A DNA stretch of 64,000 bases from Candidatus Bathyarchaeota archaeon (GCA_963714275.1 CAVQNT010000006.1:384001-448000), one strand, 5' to 3'. Counted from the stretch's first letter, positions 10,767 through 23,381 are shown. A program made the numbers and translations. The notes: generated by a model from the letters alone, not told the origin.

Positions 10767-11849
10767 TTACGTGTTTCTTTCTATAAGATAGTCGGCGAGT
10801 GCCTTCAAAACATTCTTTGAATCAGAAGGCAGAAGAATTTTATCAACTTCATCCCAGCTCTCACGAACCAACGTTGATGCACATTTCTTAGCGTACTCTA
10901 TTGAGCCATATTTGTTGAATAACTGGATTGCTTTTCTCCTCAACGTTACGTCGGTTGTGTGCAGGCTGAGAATCTGCGTTAACTCTTTTTTGTCCGCAGA
11001 AGACGATTTTCTGAAAGTATGAATGACAATTAACGTCAGCTTTCCTTCAGTGATGTCCATTCCCAATCCGCCTTTTCCTTTGGCAAACTGTTCGCCAACA
11101 AGGTCCAAAACGTCGTCCTGAATTTGGAAAGCCACACCGACGGACTCAGCGAACTTCCCCATCTTCTCAACTGTGTCATCGTCAGCAGCTGCAAGCACTG
11201 CTGCCATTCTTGCTGCCATTCTCGCGAGGGTTCCAGTTTTGTAGGAACACATTTGTAGGTATTGTTCCTCAGAAACCTCGTTTATTGGTGATAAGCCGTT
11301 GTGCCACGCTATGTCGATTGCTTGCCCGAAGTTAATGTTAACCATCTCTTGGACGTAAATTTCGTACAGTCTCTTCGCCCGTTTAGACGTAAGGCAACCA
11401 GCGTTCTCGTTCAATGCGAGCATAGGCAGGAAGTACATCACGTTTGAAAGGTTAATTGCAACATCAACCCCAAACAGTTCGTAGGTGCACGGCTTTCCCC
11501 GCCTCATCTTTGAGGAATCCTCAATGTCGTCCGCAATCAAGGTTCCGTTATGAATGATTTCAGGAATCGTGGCAAAGTCCAAAAATCTCTCAGAATCCCC
11601 ACCTAAAGCGTCGCAAACTAGAACAAAAAGTGCTGGTCTCCAACGTTTGCCCCCTCGGTCCATGAAGTCCCAAAAAGGCTTAGCCACTGTCTTGTTTAAG
11701 GCACTCAAGTCAAGATTGTTTCTTGGAAGGCAGATTTTCAGGATTAAGGAGTCATCTTTGAATTCCCTAGGCACGTACTTCTCGATATAGCGGTCGATTA
11801 ATTCCGCCTTCTGCCTTAGTATTCGTTCTATTGTGTCATCGACGCTCAT
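10767..11849 (-). CDS. idsA: Polyprenyl (geranylgeranyl) diphosphate synthase
   Basis: GGKRWRP, DDIED, FQIQDDVLD, DITEGK; position in the isoprenoid cluster. Confidence 0.9.
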   Translation of the reverse strand: MSVDDTIERILRQKAELIDRYIEKYVPREFKDDSLILKICLPRNNLDLSALNKTVAKPFWDFMDRGGKRWRPALFVLVCDALGGDSERFLDFATIPEIIHNGTLIADDIEDSSKMRRGKPCTYELFGVDVAINLSNVMYFLPMLALNENAGCLTSKRAKRLYEIYVQEMVNINFGQAIDIAWHNGLSPINEVSEEQYLQMCSYKTGTLARMAARMAAVLAAADDDTVEKMGKFAESVGVAFQIQDDVLDLVGEQFAKGKGGLGMDITEGKLTLIVIHTFRKSSSADKKELTQILSLHTTDVTLRRKAIQLFNKYGSIEYAKKCASTLVRESWDEVDKILLPSDSKNVLKALADYLIERNT

Positions 11850-11858
11850 CCCGACTGG

Positions 11859-12975
11859 TCAACCTCCTCGTCCCGCATAGCTCACCAAGTTGAAACCTCT
11901 TGCCCGTAGCCATTCCGCAGTTTTTCCGCTTACTATAACTGGAACAGCCTTTAACCCTTCAATCGAAGAAGCCCCAACAAGAAACATGATGGTTCGCAGT
12001 TGGCGAATGACGAGGTCAAGTTTCATCTTAACTTCTTCGCTGTCCTTCAAAGATGGACCTAAAACAGGAAGCGCAAATCCCGCCAAAGATGCCCCTAAAG
12101 TTAAAGACTTCGCGACGTCGCTGCCTGTGCGGACGCCGCCAGATGCAATTACGGGCACACTGACTGACTGAACCGCCTCAATAAGCGTGACAACAGTCGG
12201 TATCCCCCAATCCCACAGGTCCTTGCCAATTTCCTGCCCCAAAATGTCACCGCGTTGTTTGGCTCTGTAATATTCAACTGCTGCCCAGCTCGGTTCCCCC
12301 TGCTCCTGCAACGTCGATGCCTGAGACTCCAGCATCCACAAGTTTCTTAGTGTCTTCAGTCGATATACCCGCGCCTGTCTCCTTAACGATAACTGGAACA
12401 TCAAGGCTTTTCGCAAGTTCCCCTATTTTCTGTAGAATTCCTGTATAATTGGTTTCTCCTTCTGGCTGCACGGCTTCCTGAAGAGGATTAAGGTGGACTG
12501 CCAAAGCGTCAGCGTTCACCATGTCTACTGCTTTTTTGATTTGGCCTAAGCTGTATCCCTTCTTAATCTGTGGAGCACCAATGTTAGTGAGAATGAAGGC
12601 GTTTGGTGCTTTTTTCCTGACGATTGAGTAGGTTCGTTCAAGTTTCAGGTTTTCAAGGGCTGCTCTTTGGCTCCCGACTCCCATGCCGAGTCCAAGTTCC
12701 TCAACAGCTTCAGCGATAGCTGCATTAATCTGGAATGCCTTTTCGGTTCCTCCAGTTATTCCGGTGATTATCAAAGGCGCTGAGAACTTGTGACCGAAGA
12801 CTTGCGTTGAAAGGTCAACGTCTTTTTGGTTGATTTCGGGAAGTGCCCTGTGAATCAGAAAGACATCCTCGAAGCCTGTTGATGTTTTCTTTGCCTTTAC
12901 ATCTTCCTCTAGGCATATACATATGTGTTCAGTTTTCCTTTCCTCTGTCTGCTTAGCTTGGGATTTACGGTTCAA
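11859..12975 (-). CDS. fni: Type 2 isopentenyl-diphosphate isomerase (indel near 12290)
   Basis: RKTEHI, GITGG, GVGSQRAA, HLNPLQEAVQPEG, KETGAG, IASGGVR; TTG start inferred. Confidence 0.93.
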
Positions 12976-13759
12976 TTTTTGTGCCAACAACCTTCTCTCC
13001 TTTAAGGACTTTGTATATATTACCTGATTTGGAAGCATTCACTATCATAGTCTCGATACCTTTCGTGACTAGTAAAGTGAGCTCTGAAACTTTGCCCAAC
13101 ATTCCGCCTGTAACATCAGTAACTCCTGTTCCGCTAATTCTATTTTTTGGGTTTTTAAGCTCAGCTAACGTTAAGTGCTGAATCAAACGGGCTGAGGGAT
13201 TCTTTTTTGGGTCATCTGTGAAAATTCCGTCAACATCAACTCCCATTATGAGCCTTTGAGCCTTCATTTTTTCCGCTAGAAAAGACGCTAATTGGTCTCC
13301 TGAAAGAACTGTGAAACCCATGTTCAAGTCTAGAACAACATCTCCATATAAAACTGGAACAAGACCCATCTTAACTGCCTGTTTTAGAGTTTCCTTATTA
13401 AAAACGTGGATTCGACCCGACTTCGTGATTATAAAAGATGAAGGAGCCATCCCGAAAGCTGGAACTCCCTTCCTAAGTAGGCTTTCCAGTATTATCTTGT
13501 TCAAAGAAACCATAGCCTCATGGGTCTCCGAAAATCCCGCGAGCTGAGACTTGTCTTTAAACCCGTCTGCGATGCCATATTTTTCGGCAATCGGGTGACC
13601 GAAGCTTCCTCCCCCATGAACCAAAATGAGCTTTGATGGCTGTGCTTGGAAGATTTCGTCTGCAAGCCTTTTTATAGCTGGAAAATTAGGCGTTAAGGGT
13701 CTAGCCTTTTCCGTGATGACGGAGCCTCCGAGCTTCAACACCAAAAGTTTATTCCTCAA
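12965..13759 (-). CDS. ipk: Isopentenyl phosphate kinase
   Basis: [29 protein letters not shown]; lies between mvk and fni. Confidence 0.92.
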   Translation of the reverse strand: MRNKLLVLKLGGSVITEKARPLTPNFPAIKRLADEIFQAQPSKLILVHGGGSFGHPIAEKYGIADGFKDKSQLAGFSETHEAMVSLNKIILESLLRKGVPAFGMAPSSFIITKSGRIHVFNKETLKQAVKMGLVPVLYGDVVLDLNMGFTVLSGDQLASFLAEKMKAQRLIMGVDVDGIFTDDPKKNPSARLIQHLTLAELKNPKNRISGTGVTDVTGGMLGKVSELTLLVTKGIETMIVNASKSGNIYKVLKGEKVVGTKIEP

Positions 13760-14734
13760 TCCTCACTCCTTCCATGGTCATCTTTGTTACGAAGGCTTCT
13801 TCTCCCGCCTGTTTTATGGCTTCCGCCACATCCTGAACGCGTTCAGGCTTCGAAAGGGCAACAATGCATCCTCCTCCGCCACCTCCCGTAAGCTTTGCGC
13901 CAAAAGCACCAGCTTTCGTGCTGCGTAGACCATTTTGTCAATGGATTCGTTTGAGACGCCTACTGCGCAGAGAAGAGCATGGTTAATGTTCATCATTTCG
14001 CCCAACGTTTCGAGGTCACCTTGGTCCAAAGCCTCGATGCTTCGGGCAACGATTTCACCACCAGCTCCAATAATTTTGTCAATGACAGATTGATATTGGT
14101 TTCTTAACTCGCCCACGTGGGCAACCATCTCTCCCATTGACCGCTCAATGCCGGTGTTCCCAACCACAAGAGGCAAGTCAGTGCCAACATTCAGTTTCTG
14201 AATATTCTCGCCTTTACGATAACATAAGACGCCACCGTATGTCGAGATGGCTGGATCGAGGCCTGAAGAGTTTCCATGGGCAATCTTTTCCGCATCAAAG
14301 TCTACCTGAAAAATGTCTTTCTCATTTAAGCCTGCATCAAAGAGATGGTTTAATGCAGCAGCAGAAGCAACAGCCACAGCAGCAGAGGAACCTAGCCCAG
14401 CTGCCACAGGAATTGGTGAATCAACCTTAAGACTAACGTCGACATCTCTGCCCGAGAAATTCAAAACGCTTTTAACAACTATATAAATTGGGTCAAGTCT
14501 CTTTTTTATTAAATGCTCATCGCCTTTTTTACTGTAAAACTTATCATTTTCGAAGTAGCCCGAACATTTCATTGCTTTGGATTTTATCCATACCTTCCTG
14601 TCTTTTCGTGGTTCTGCAGTAACTGTTGCCCTTCGGTCAATAGCTAAGACTACCGCTGGCTCTCCGTGTACCACAAAGTGTTCGCCTAACAGTATCACCT
14701 TTGCTGGAGCTGAAGCCTTGGCTTGAGTTTTCAG
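13749..14734 (-). CDS. mvk: Mevalonate kinase (two 3' indels; probable CTG start)
   Basis: [48 protein letters not shown] in the shifted frame. Confidence 0.92.
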
Positions 14735-14881
14735 ACCATTACCTCCAATGCAGATTAGTCTTGGACGTAGTCAATACCGAGAGATTTTAACCGTTTGGGT
14801 TTATCAGATAATCTGTCGAATCTTCGATATAAAACACTTTGATTTTCGAAACGTTAAGAAAGAAACCGAAAAATGCTTCCG

Positions 14882-15584
14882 CTATTGAGTCTGCTGGCTT
14901 TTTTCGACTAGCTTAACCTCAAAGTCCTCGAGTGAGACAGATAATTCCCCGTCAGGAGCAATTTCGCCTCTTTCGCGTATAACCTGCCTTGCCAGAAGCC
15001 AATAGATCACTGCGAGTGCTCTCCTGCCTTTATTGTTTGTGGGTATAACTAAGTCCGCGTAAGCTAAAATCATTGTCCGTGCTGCATAGAGCGATTATGG
15101 GGATTCCCAAGCTTGAAGCTTCTTTCACTGCTTGAAAATCAGCCCTAGGATCAGACACAAAAATCACATCTGGTTCTATCCTATGGAGATAAATGGGATT
15201 TAGAAGCATGCCGGGAACAAACCGTCCGGTGATGGGAGTAGCGCCTACTATCTCGCAGAACTTCATGACTGGTTCACGGGCATAAAGTCTAGCTGCTGCA
15301 ACAGCAATTTTTGTTGGTTCAAAGCGTGCAAGAAATTTCGCGGTGACTCTTATCCGCTCGTCGGTCTTCTTTAGGTCCAAGACGAAGAGTCCGTCACCTC
15401 TGATGCGGTAGATGAAGGGCTCCATGTCTTTGGTTTTGATTTTTGTGCCTATGTGGATGCCTGTTGAAAGCAGCGAATCTTGGGATAAAAGCAAACCTTC
15501 CATCGGAGCAACAGTTGTTTCATCAACAACCTCTTCTTTTTTGACTTCTTCTTCCTCTTTGATTTCTTCTGACACACACATCAA
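14882..15584 (-). CDS. rps2: 30S ribosomal protein S2 (indel near 15065)
   Basis: [25 protein letters not shown], then [14 protein letters not shown]. Confidence 0.95.
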
Positions 15585-15588
15585 CTCC

Positions 15589-16841
15589 TCAAATCTTCAG
15601 TATTGCCATTCGAGCCTTTTCACCTAAACTTTCCTCGATGCGTATAAGCTCATTCAGCTTTGCAATTCTTTCTCCACCAACTACGCCAGTCTTGATAACA
15701 GGGGCTTTGAACGCCACAGCAAGATGAGCTATGTGAGTTGACGCGGTTTCGCCAGACCTGTGCGACACAACCGGAACATAACCGTTTTCCAGCGCCAACC
15801 TTGTTGTATACCAGGTTTCCGTTAAGGTTCCAACCTGGTTCATTTTAATGATTATGGCGTTTCCAGCGTGAACCTTTATGCCTTGGCTAAGCCTTTTCAC
15901 GTTTGTGACGAAAAGGTCGTCGCCACAGATTAGGCATCTGCTGGACTTTTGGGTGAGATCCTTGAAGCCTTGATAATCGTCTTCGTGAACTGGGTCCTCG
16001 ACATAAACAAGTCTTGTATTTCCCAATAAGATCAAGAATATAGTCTAACTGTTCACCTGAGTCTCGGCTTATGCCGTCTCTTGTGTAGACGTAGCTTTTC
16101 TTTTTTGGTTCCCACAATGACGAGGCTGCCACATCTAATCCGGGTCTGCAGTCGAACCCAAGTTCTGTTGAAGCTTCTTTGCAAGTGTTAAACACTGCTT
16201 CGAGGGCCTGATCGTTGGTTACGTTTGGCGCCCACGCTCCTTCATCTCCTCTTCCGCCAGTAAAGGACGAATCAACTTTCTTGAGGATATCCTTCAATTT
16301 CTTATGTATTTTCGTGTTAGACTTCCATTGCAGCTGAGAAGGAGGGAGCACCGACTGGTAGAACGAGAAACTCCTGAATGTCAGTAGCCTTGCCCAAAGC
16401 GTGTTTTCCCCCACCAACAACGTTGCCTAGAGGATACGGAAGATCGGAGGCAAGAGAACCACCTAAATATTGGTACAGAGGAAGATCATACGAGTTTGAT
16501 GCAGCGTCAGCCACAGCCAACGAAACAGCGAACGCAGTGTTTCCACCGATGTTTTGGAAGTTTTCTGTTCCGTCAAGCTCTCGGAGAAGCCTGTCAACTT
16601 CCTCTTGTTCATCTGCGTAGAGCCCAATTATTTCGGGAGCCACAAGCTCCTCAACCTTCCTTACGGCTTCTTCTACTCCGCCTTCAGGAAAGGGGATTGC
16701 TTCTGCTTTTCCTGTGCTTGCTCCACTTGGTGCTGAGGCGTTTCCGAATCCGTCGATTGTGGTCACGTCGACTTCTATTGTTGAGTCTCCGCGGCTGTTG
16801 ATGATCTTTCGGGCTGTCACGTCCTCTATGAGAGCTGACAA
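15589..16841 (-). CDS. eno: Enolase (two indels)
   Basis: [60 protein letters not shown]. Confidence 0.95.
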
Positions 16842-16842
16842 G

Positions 16843-17070
16843 TTACGTTGTTTCCTCCTCTTTTTCCATGGATGGTCTTTCGTAAAACTTTATGATCTCG
16901 TCTATTATCTCAACGTGCGACAAAAGCATGCGTCGGCAACAATAACGAGTGATACCCAAATCGTCCAAGACTTTCCCCGAATTTTCTCCCGCCTTAACTC
17001 TCTTAGCGAACTCTTCCCACTTGTCGCCGACGAGTTTTCCGCATGTGAAACACCTAACAGGTATAATCGT
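16843..17070 (-). CDS. rpoN: DNA-directed RNA polymerase subunit N (Rpo10); absent from the ORF track, start codon reads ACG
   Basis: Hand translation (T)[20 protein letters not shown]...[24 protein letters not shown]. Confidence 0.95.
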   Translation of the reverse strand, partial: TIIPVRCFTCGKLVGDKWEEFAKRVKAGENSGKVLDDLGITRYCCRRMLLSHVEIIDEIIKFYERPSMEKEEETT

Positions 17071-17107
17071 CTTTGTTCCCTTCCTTCACATCATTATTTT
17101 ATGCTGT

Positions 17108-17530
17108 TTATCTGTAACTTTTCTGGTCCTTCGCTCTGGCGCCGGGTCCGCCGAACTTTTTCGGTTCCTTACGCCGAGGGTCTCCGGCTACCATTGTCCT
17201 GTCATATTTGAGAAACACGCTTCGCAGGTGCGAACTCTTTGTCCACTTCAAAAGAGCGTTGGCAAGAGTCATCCTGCTAGCTTCGGCTTGACCCATGAAT
17301 CCGCCGCCCTTTACTTTGATGCTGATGTCTAACTGTTTCCAGACATCTTCGCCAGCTTGGATAAGGGGTTCTCGGATTTTTTCGCGAGCTACTTCGGGTT
17401 CAAAAATTTCTAGAGGGATATTGTTAACGCGTATTCTACCCGCGCCTGTTCTCACGGTTGCTTTTGCAATTGCTGTTTTGCGTTTTCCGCTGACTACCAG
17501 AACCTTTTTTGTGCTTGACATGTCATGCAC
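17108..17530 (-). CDS. rps9: 30S ribosomal protein S9
   Basis: [44 protein letters not shown]. Confidence 0.97.
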   Translation of the reverse strand: MHDMSSTKKVLVVSGKRKTAIAKATVRTGAGRIRVNNIPLEIFEPEVAREKIREPLIQAGEDVWKQLDISIKVKGGGFMGQAEASRMTLANALLKWTKSSHLRSVFLKYDRTMVAGDPRRKEPKKFGGPGARAKDQKSYR

Positions 17531-17980
17531 CTAATCTTTCCATCCGATGTTGCGTGCTAAATCTGAGACTTTTATGTAAGGACCTCTTAAATTGCTAGCG
17601 TCCGCGTTTGAAAGCATGATTTTTCCTTTGTCCCTAAGCCCTTCTGGAGAGCCAGTATAGACTTTGAGTCTCTTTAGAGCCTCAATTCCGCATGGTTTTG
17701 TTCGTGGAAGCATGCCTCTGACAACCTTTTTCACGATTCTTTCTGGATTTCGGAAGTGCAGTGGTCCTTTTCTATGATGACCTACTTGGAGGAATTCTTC
17801 AGCGTTTCGAAAGATGCTTAGTCTCTTGCCTGAGATAACGGCTTCTTCAGCGTTAATAATCATTATACTTTCGCCATTCAGTAACCGTTTGGCGACTTCG
17901 CTTGCCATTCTTCCGAGTACTAGGCCTTTCGCGTCGACGATTATTGATTTTAGTTCACTGCTTTTGCTCATTGCTTTCAC
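17531..17980 (-). CDS. rpl13: 50S ribosomal protein L13
   Basis: VDAKGLVLGRMAS, VRGMLP. Confidence 0.96.
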   Translation of the reverse strand: MKAMSKSSELKSIIVDAKGLVLGRMASEVAKRLLNGESIMIINAEEAVISGKRLSIFRNAEEFLQVGHHRKGPLHFRNPERIVKKVVRGMLPRTKPCGIEALKRLKVYTGSPEGLRDKGKIMLSNADASNLRGPYIKVSDLARNIGWKD

Positions 17981-18347
17981 CGTATTATCCTTAAATTAGC
18001 GCCTTTAGGATTCACTTCGAGGACCTCTGGTAAAGTCAGGCATTTTCCCTTAGCACTAACTATCTTGGATGAAGCTTCGTCCGAAAAATCTAAAGCCGCG
18101 ACTGTTGCTGGATGGTTCATTATTCCAGAGCCAAGAACCTTTCCAGAAACTACGACTTCTTCGTTTTCTTTCGTGTGTCTATTAATTTTGCTTATGTTTA
18201 CTGCTATGCGTTTGCTTTTTGGTTGAGACAGCTTTTCACTACATCTCGCCATATGGCAGCGTTGTTTTCTCTAGACTTCTTTTTCAATAACCGAATGAGG
18301 TTTACGAAGTTTTGGTTAGTGCTTTTAATCAGTCTTTTCGGGCACAT
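17977..18347 (-). CDS. rpl18e: 50S ribosomal protein L18e (indel near 18240)
   Basis: KSTNQNFVNLIRLLKKKSRENNAAIWRDV then AVNISKINR, VVSGKVLGSG. Confidence 0.93.
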
Positions 18348-19158
18348 TTAATACCGCCACCATCTGGTTCATGAAGTCTGAGCATTTTTCATCATATATT
18401 TTTAGTGCTTCAGAGAATATACGTTCAACGGGAAGGGCGCCTGTGGATTCTATGTAAAAAATGAAAGCGTTCTCCTTCTTGTCTACCTTTATGGCTGAAG
18501 GATTTTTATCACAGGCTTCGACGCAATCCTCGCATAATATGCATTCTATCTCGTTGGCTACCTTCACTTTGTTTCCGTTTTTCTCAAAAACTTTTTTGGG
18601 GCAAATGTCGACGCATTTACCGCAGCCGTCGCATTTGGTTTGATCTATCTTGACAACGGGCACATACCTGTAGATGCAGGAGGATACGGGCTGCCACTTT
18701 GCGTGAGCCATGCCCTTACCTAGTTTTGCATATGCTTCCAGTCTTACCTTTTGTCCTGTCGCTAATTTTACTAACGGGATCTTTTCGCTGACTGGAGCGA
18801 TGTGAGGATCTTCTGGAACCATGTCTCCTGAATAGACGGTTCGTTGTCCATCTTTGGCTTCAACGTCCAATGTTAAGACGGTTCTGCACAGATGGCATCC
18901 GAGTTCGCTTTTGCAGTTGCATTTTTCTGGAAGGTTGTAAGCGTCAAGGTCGGTTTTAAGTGGAACCAAGCCTAACCTTAAGGAAAGTATTTCGTCATGT
19001 ATAACCGAGGAGTTTTCAATCATTACAACATCGTCGACCGCCATCACTGGAACTTCGGAAAGAACAATGCGCCTAAGCGTGTTAGCCATAGGAGTGTCTA
19101 TACCCTCCACCATGAAACGCATCGAATCCTCGTTTTTGTTAAGGAAGTTTATGTTCAT
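18325..19158 (-). CDS. rpoD: DNA-directed RNA polymerase subunit D (Rpo3) with ferredoxin-like insert
   Basis: ANTLRRIVLSEVP, LRLGLVP, HAKWQP; CxxCxxCxxxCP and CxxCxxCxxxC motifs. Confidence 0.96.
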   Translation of the reverse strand: MNINFLNKNEDSMRFMVEGIDTPMANTLRRIVLSEVPVMAVDDVVMIENSSVIHDEILSLRLGLVPLKTDLDAYNLPEKCNCKSELGCHLCRTVLTLDVEAKDGQRTVYSGDMVPEDPHIAPVSEKIPLVKLATGQKVRLEAYAKLGKGMAHAKWQPVSSCIYRYVPVVKIDQTKCDGCGKCVDICPKKVFEKNGNKVKVANEIECILCEDCVEACDKNPSAIKVDKKENAFIFYIESTGALPVERIFSEALKIYDEKCSDFMNQMVAVLNVPEKTD

Positions 19159-19226
19159 GTTTTAATCCTCTTAGTAAAATCGATAAATGTTCGAACAATA
19201 TTCCCTCATAAGAATCAAATACTTTC

Positions 19227-19625
19227 CTATACCCTTCTTCCCCTACGTCCGCCTTTACGTCTTGTTCCATCATGGGGAAGCGGCGTAACCTCCTCTATAC
19301 GACCTATGGACCTGAATCCAGCACGCGCAAGAGCTCTGATTGCTGCCTGTGCCCCTGGTCCCGGCGTGCGTGGACCTGATCCGCCTGGAGCACGGACTTT
19401 TATGTGTATTGCTGTTATGCCTTTGTCTTGGGCGATTGTTGCAACGTGTGACGCTGCTCTCATTGCGGCGTAAGGTGAGGACTGTAGCCTGTCCGCTTTA
19501 ACGAACATGCCTCCGCACGCTGTGGATATTGTTTCTGCTCCTGAAAGGTCTGTTATGTGGACTATGGTGTTGTTGTATGAGCTGAAAATGTGGACGACTC
19601 CCCATCTCTCGTCTTTCTTACTCAT
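19227..19625 (-). CDS. rps11: 30S ribosomal protein S11
   Basis: [34 protein letters not shown]; GGAGTGA RBS before ATG 19625. Confidence 0.96.
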   Translation of the reverse strand: MSKKDERWGVVHIFSSYNNTIVHITDLSGAETISTACGGMFVKADRLQSSPYAAMRAASHVATIAQDKGITAIHIKVRAPGGSGPRTPGPGAQAAIRALARAGFRSIGRIEEVTPLPHDGTRRKGGRRGRRV

Positions 19626-20167
19626 TCGTTTCACTCCGTTAACTCTAGGTTCTATTGCCTGCCTGATTGGATGCTCTGGATTGTTCAGAAGGCTTCTTGA
19701 TGCGTAGGAAATACTGTTTTCTTTTCTGCTGGGCACGAGGAAACTTGGAGAAGAAACTTTTCGGTCGCCTAAGGCTATGTGCCCATGCGTTATTAGTTGA
19801 CGGGCTTGATACATGGATTTGGCTAGTCCTTTTCTCTGAACAAGCGTCTGAAGTCGACGTTCCAGTATCGATTCCATACCTAAGTCCAAGACATTGTCCA
19901 AAACAGACTGACTCTGGCAGTATGCCCAGATTCTTCAGCCGACCTAGAAGCTGGGACTCAAGTTCAGCTCTGTCAGAAGTCGACATGCTTAAAAGAGACC
20001 TTGCCATGCTTCGGAACTTTGAAAGCATTGTTCTGTGTTGCCAAAGTTCACGTTTGTTCCTTAAACCGTACCCACCGAGCAACCTGAGACTCGCTGTCGA
20101 GAATGTCTGACCGCCAAGGAAACCTTGGGGTTTCATACTTCTTTTTCTGTTTCCTAGGGTCCCCCAA
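19626..20167 (-). CDS. rps4: 30S ribosomal protein S4 (indels; 3' end uncertain)
   Basis: (M)[45 protein letters not shown]. Confidence 0.92.
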
Positions 20168-20624
20168 CAGGTTTCACCAACGCCTTTTTCTTTACACCGG
20201 TAACTTTTCCTTTTCTGCCACTTGTTCTAGTTCTTTGTCCCCGAGTTTTAAGACCGTAGGAATGCCTGTAACCTCGCCAAGACCTCATCGTTGTCATCCT
20301 TTCAACATCCTGCTTCATTTGAAGGTCAAGGTCAGAGGTTGTAAGGTGGATGTCTTTCCCGGTTTCTACATCTTTTCGGCGATTCAACAGCCAAGAAGGT
20401 AAACTTTGTCCTTCAATGTTGCCAAGGATTTCTACGAGCCTTCTAACTTCAACATCAGAAAGGAAACCTAACCTTTTTTCTTGCGGAATATTGGCTTTCT
20501 TTACCAAGACATTTGCTAATCGTATGTTTATGCCCTTTATTACAGTTAGGGCGAAGACTACGTTTATTGTTCCGTCCAAGTCTTTGCCTAATAGGCGAAC
20601 TATGTGTTTAAACTCAGAGGACAT
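20154..20624 (-). CDS. rps13: 30S ribosomal protein S13
   Basis: IVRLLGKDLDG, WLLNRRKD, WRGYRHSYGLKTRGQRT. Confidence 0.96.
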   Translation of the reverse strand: MSSEFKHIVRLLGKDLDGTINVVFALTVIKGINIRLANVLVKKANIPQEKRLGFLSDVEVRRLVEILGNIEGQSLPSWLLNRRKDVETGKDIHLTTSDLDLQMKQDVERMTTMRSWRGYRHSYGLKTRGQRTRTSGRKGKVTGVKKKALVKPVGGP

Positions 20625-21020
20625 TACGGTTTATGCAGCTCCTCACGAATTAGGTAACTTTGAAGACGCCATTCCTTTTTTAAGCTATGCCTAACCTGTA
20701 TCTTCTGGTGGTTAGACGCTTTTTACCTTGTATTTATTGCGTGTTTATGAAGACAACTTGCGGAATATTTAAAGGTTTTTCCATTCGTGCAGCCAACTTT
20801 CGTATTCATTTAACAACCTTATTCGTGATTTCCTTGAAGGAATTTTACAAAATAATATGAATTTTAATTTAACTCGGTCCGATCTTAAAGCGGAAAAAGG
20901 CTAATGATAGAACCACAAGAATCAACATGAAATAAATGAAAATAAATCTAACTGAATCCAGTTATAGAACTTGGTCTTTTTTTTGGTTTAGCGTTTCTCA
21001 CTACTTTACGTTATTCTTGA

Positions 21021-22042
21021 TTATGGTTTTAACATGATTTTAAGGGTCTTTCCCTTCTTTTCATGCATCAGTTCGAAGCCTTCTTGCGTTTTTTCCAGAG
21101 GCAATATGTTCGTTATTAAGGGTTTCACATCGATCTTGCGGTTTACTATGTAACTAAAGCCTCTTCTGAAATCGTCCGAAGCGTAGGCGTAAGAGCCTCT
21201 AATCTGAAGTTCTCTAGACACAATAGACAAAACATTCAAAGTCATGGTTTTCGACATCATTCCCACAACAGTCAGCTTTCCCCCAATCGCTAACATATTT
21301 ATTCCTTGCTGAACCGTTGCTTCTAAGCCTACAGCTTCGAAAACGACCTCCGCTCCTGAACCGTTAGTTAATTCAATTATTCTTGAGACAGGGTCTTCAG
21401 TCATTGAGTTAATTGTTATGTCTGCGCCTAAGGTTTTGGCAAAATCTAACCTGTAATCAACAACGTCTGTTACAATGAGTCGTCCTGCGCCTGCTGCCTT
21501 TGCTGCTTGCAGAATCGACAACCCGATTATGCCTGCTCCGATGACGACGACGGTGTCCCCAAGTTTAACATCCGTGTTGTTAACCGCGCGTAAAGCCACA
21601 GAAAGCGGCTCAGTCATTGCTCCTTCCTCGTAAGTCACATGGTCTGGCAGCACATAACAATTCAACGCTGGGACAGACTACATACTCAGCGAAAGCCCCG
21701 CCTGTGTGCAACCCAAACAGCTTTACGTTGCGGCAAACGTTGCCCTGACCGCGGACGCAAGGTGTGCATACGCCGCACCGTTTAAGTGGGTCAACGGTAA
21801 TCCTTTCGCCCAACTTGAGGTCTTTCACGTCTTTCCCGATTTCTGCCACTTCACCTGTGAATTCGTGGCCCATGACAAGCGGCGGCGTCCTTCTTTGGGA
21901 GACTCCTTCGTATGCGTGGAGTTCCGAACCGCATATTCCCACAGCCTGAACCTTGACTAAAACTTCGTTGTTTCTTATTTTTGGCTTAGGCATGTCTTCG
22001 ATTCTGATGTCTTTTCCGCCGTACCAAACAGTCTGCTTTCAT
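21021..22042 (-). CDS. Zn-dependent alcohol/polyol dehydrogenase (MDR family; indels)
   Basis: GICGSELH, GHEFTG, CxxCxxC...C structural Zn, GAGIIG. Confidence 0.9.
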
Positions 22043-22189
22043 CGTCATTCGCCATATCCATCTACTGTGTTTTGTGCATTTATTTTTTATTAGTCTAAGT
22101 TAAGGTGTAATAAGTGTTTATCAAAAACAATATCAGCACACAATGTACTAAAAACAATCGTTAAGACACTACTACCATGGGGAAAGGAA

Positions 22190-23381
22190 ATGAAGTCCGT
22201 TGCCAGAACTCTTTTAAAGAAAATTCGTGAACACAATCCGCAACCTAACGTTGAACGGTTGAACGCTGCTCTTTCAAGGTCAAGGATTCCGGACCGCGTG
22301 CCGTTCATGGAGATTTTCGCCGACAACGAGGTGATGGCTGCGGTTTTGGGCAAACGTCTGAACTATTTTGGTAAAAAGATGCGAAGCCGAAGACAGTGGG
22401 AGGAACGGACGCTTGCTCTGATGGAGTTTCATGAAATGTTGGGTTATGACTATGTCCGCGCTGACACACAAGATTACGAAGCTGCAGTCAAGCAGTCCAA
22501 GATTGACGAGAAACTTTTGGCAGCAGGCGAAGTTGGCACCAGAGCCTACAGGTACAAAACTGCAGACAAAGCTGCTGAGCTCAACCGTGGAGAAAGGACG
22601 TGGGCAAACGAGGCTACGGGCGTAATCGCAGACTGGAAAGACTTTAATTCGTATCCCTGGGAGGAGCCTGAACAGATTGCTGAGGAAGGAAACGCTGGGT
22701 TGGAATGGGTATGCGACCACGTTCCTTCAGGCATGGGTGTTGTCACGGGTGCCGGTGCGGTTCTTGAGCCTGTGATGTGGATGATGGGCATAAAGAACTT
22801 CTACGTTAGCCTTTACAAGCAGAAAGACCTCGTTGAAGCCATGTTTAGGAAGGCTACTGAAATAAATGTTGCCCGTTTCAAGCTCTGCAGCTGACACAAG
22901 CAGAAAAATTGTGGCTTTCTGGGGGTCCGACGATTGGGGTTACAAGAACGGGCTTATGATTTCGCCTTCAATGATGAGACGGTGGGTCTTTCCGGTTCAT
23001 AAGAAAATGGCTGAGATGGCGCATTCCAAAGGCTCGCTTTACGTTTTGCATTCATGTGGCGATCTTAAGGTTGTAATGGACAACATAATAAACGATGTTA
23101 AAGTGGACGCCAAGCACTCGTTTGAGGACACTTACCTTCCAGTGACCGAAGCCAAGAAAATCTATGGACACCGAATTGGCTTAATCGGAGGCATCGACAT
23201 GGACGTGTTTTCTAGGTGTAAACCGAAAGAAGTCCAAGAGTACGTAAGCCGAGTTTTGAAAGCATGCAAAATAGGTGGAGGGTATTGCCTAGGAAGCGGA
23301 AACACGGTTGCCAATTATGTTCCATTAGAAAACTTTTTGACGATGCTCAATGTTGGATTGAACGAAGGCTGGTACACCTAA
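22190..23381 (+). CDS. Uroporphyrinogen decarboxylase / MtaA-CmuA family protein (indel near 22890)
   Basis: PDRVPFME, DDWGYK, LHSCG, GGIDMD, YCLGSGNTV. Confidence 0.85.

Noticed and set aside
20625-21020. Possible tRNA or ncRNA upstream of rps13
   Set aside because: AT-rich, with no cloverleaf or T-loop motif found by eye.
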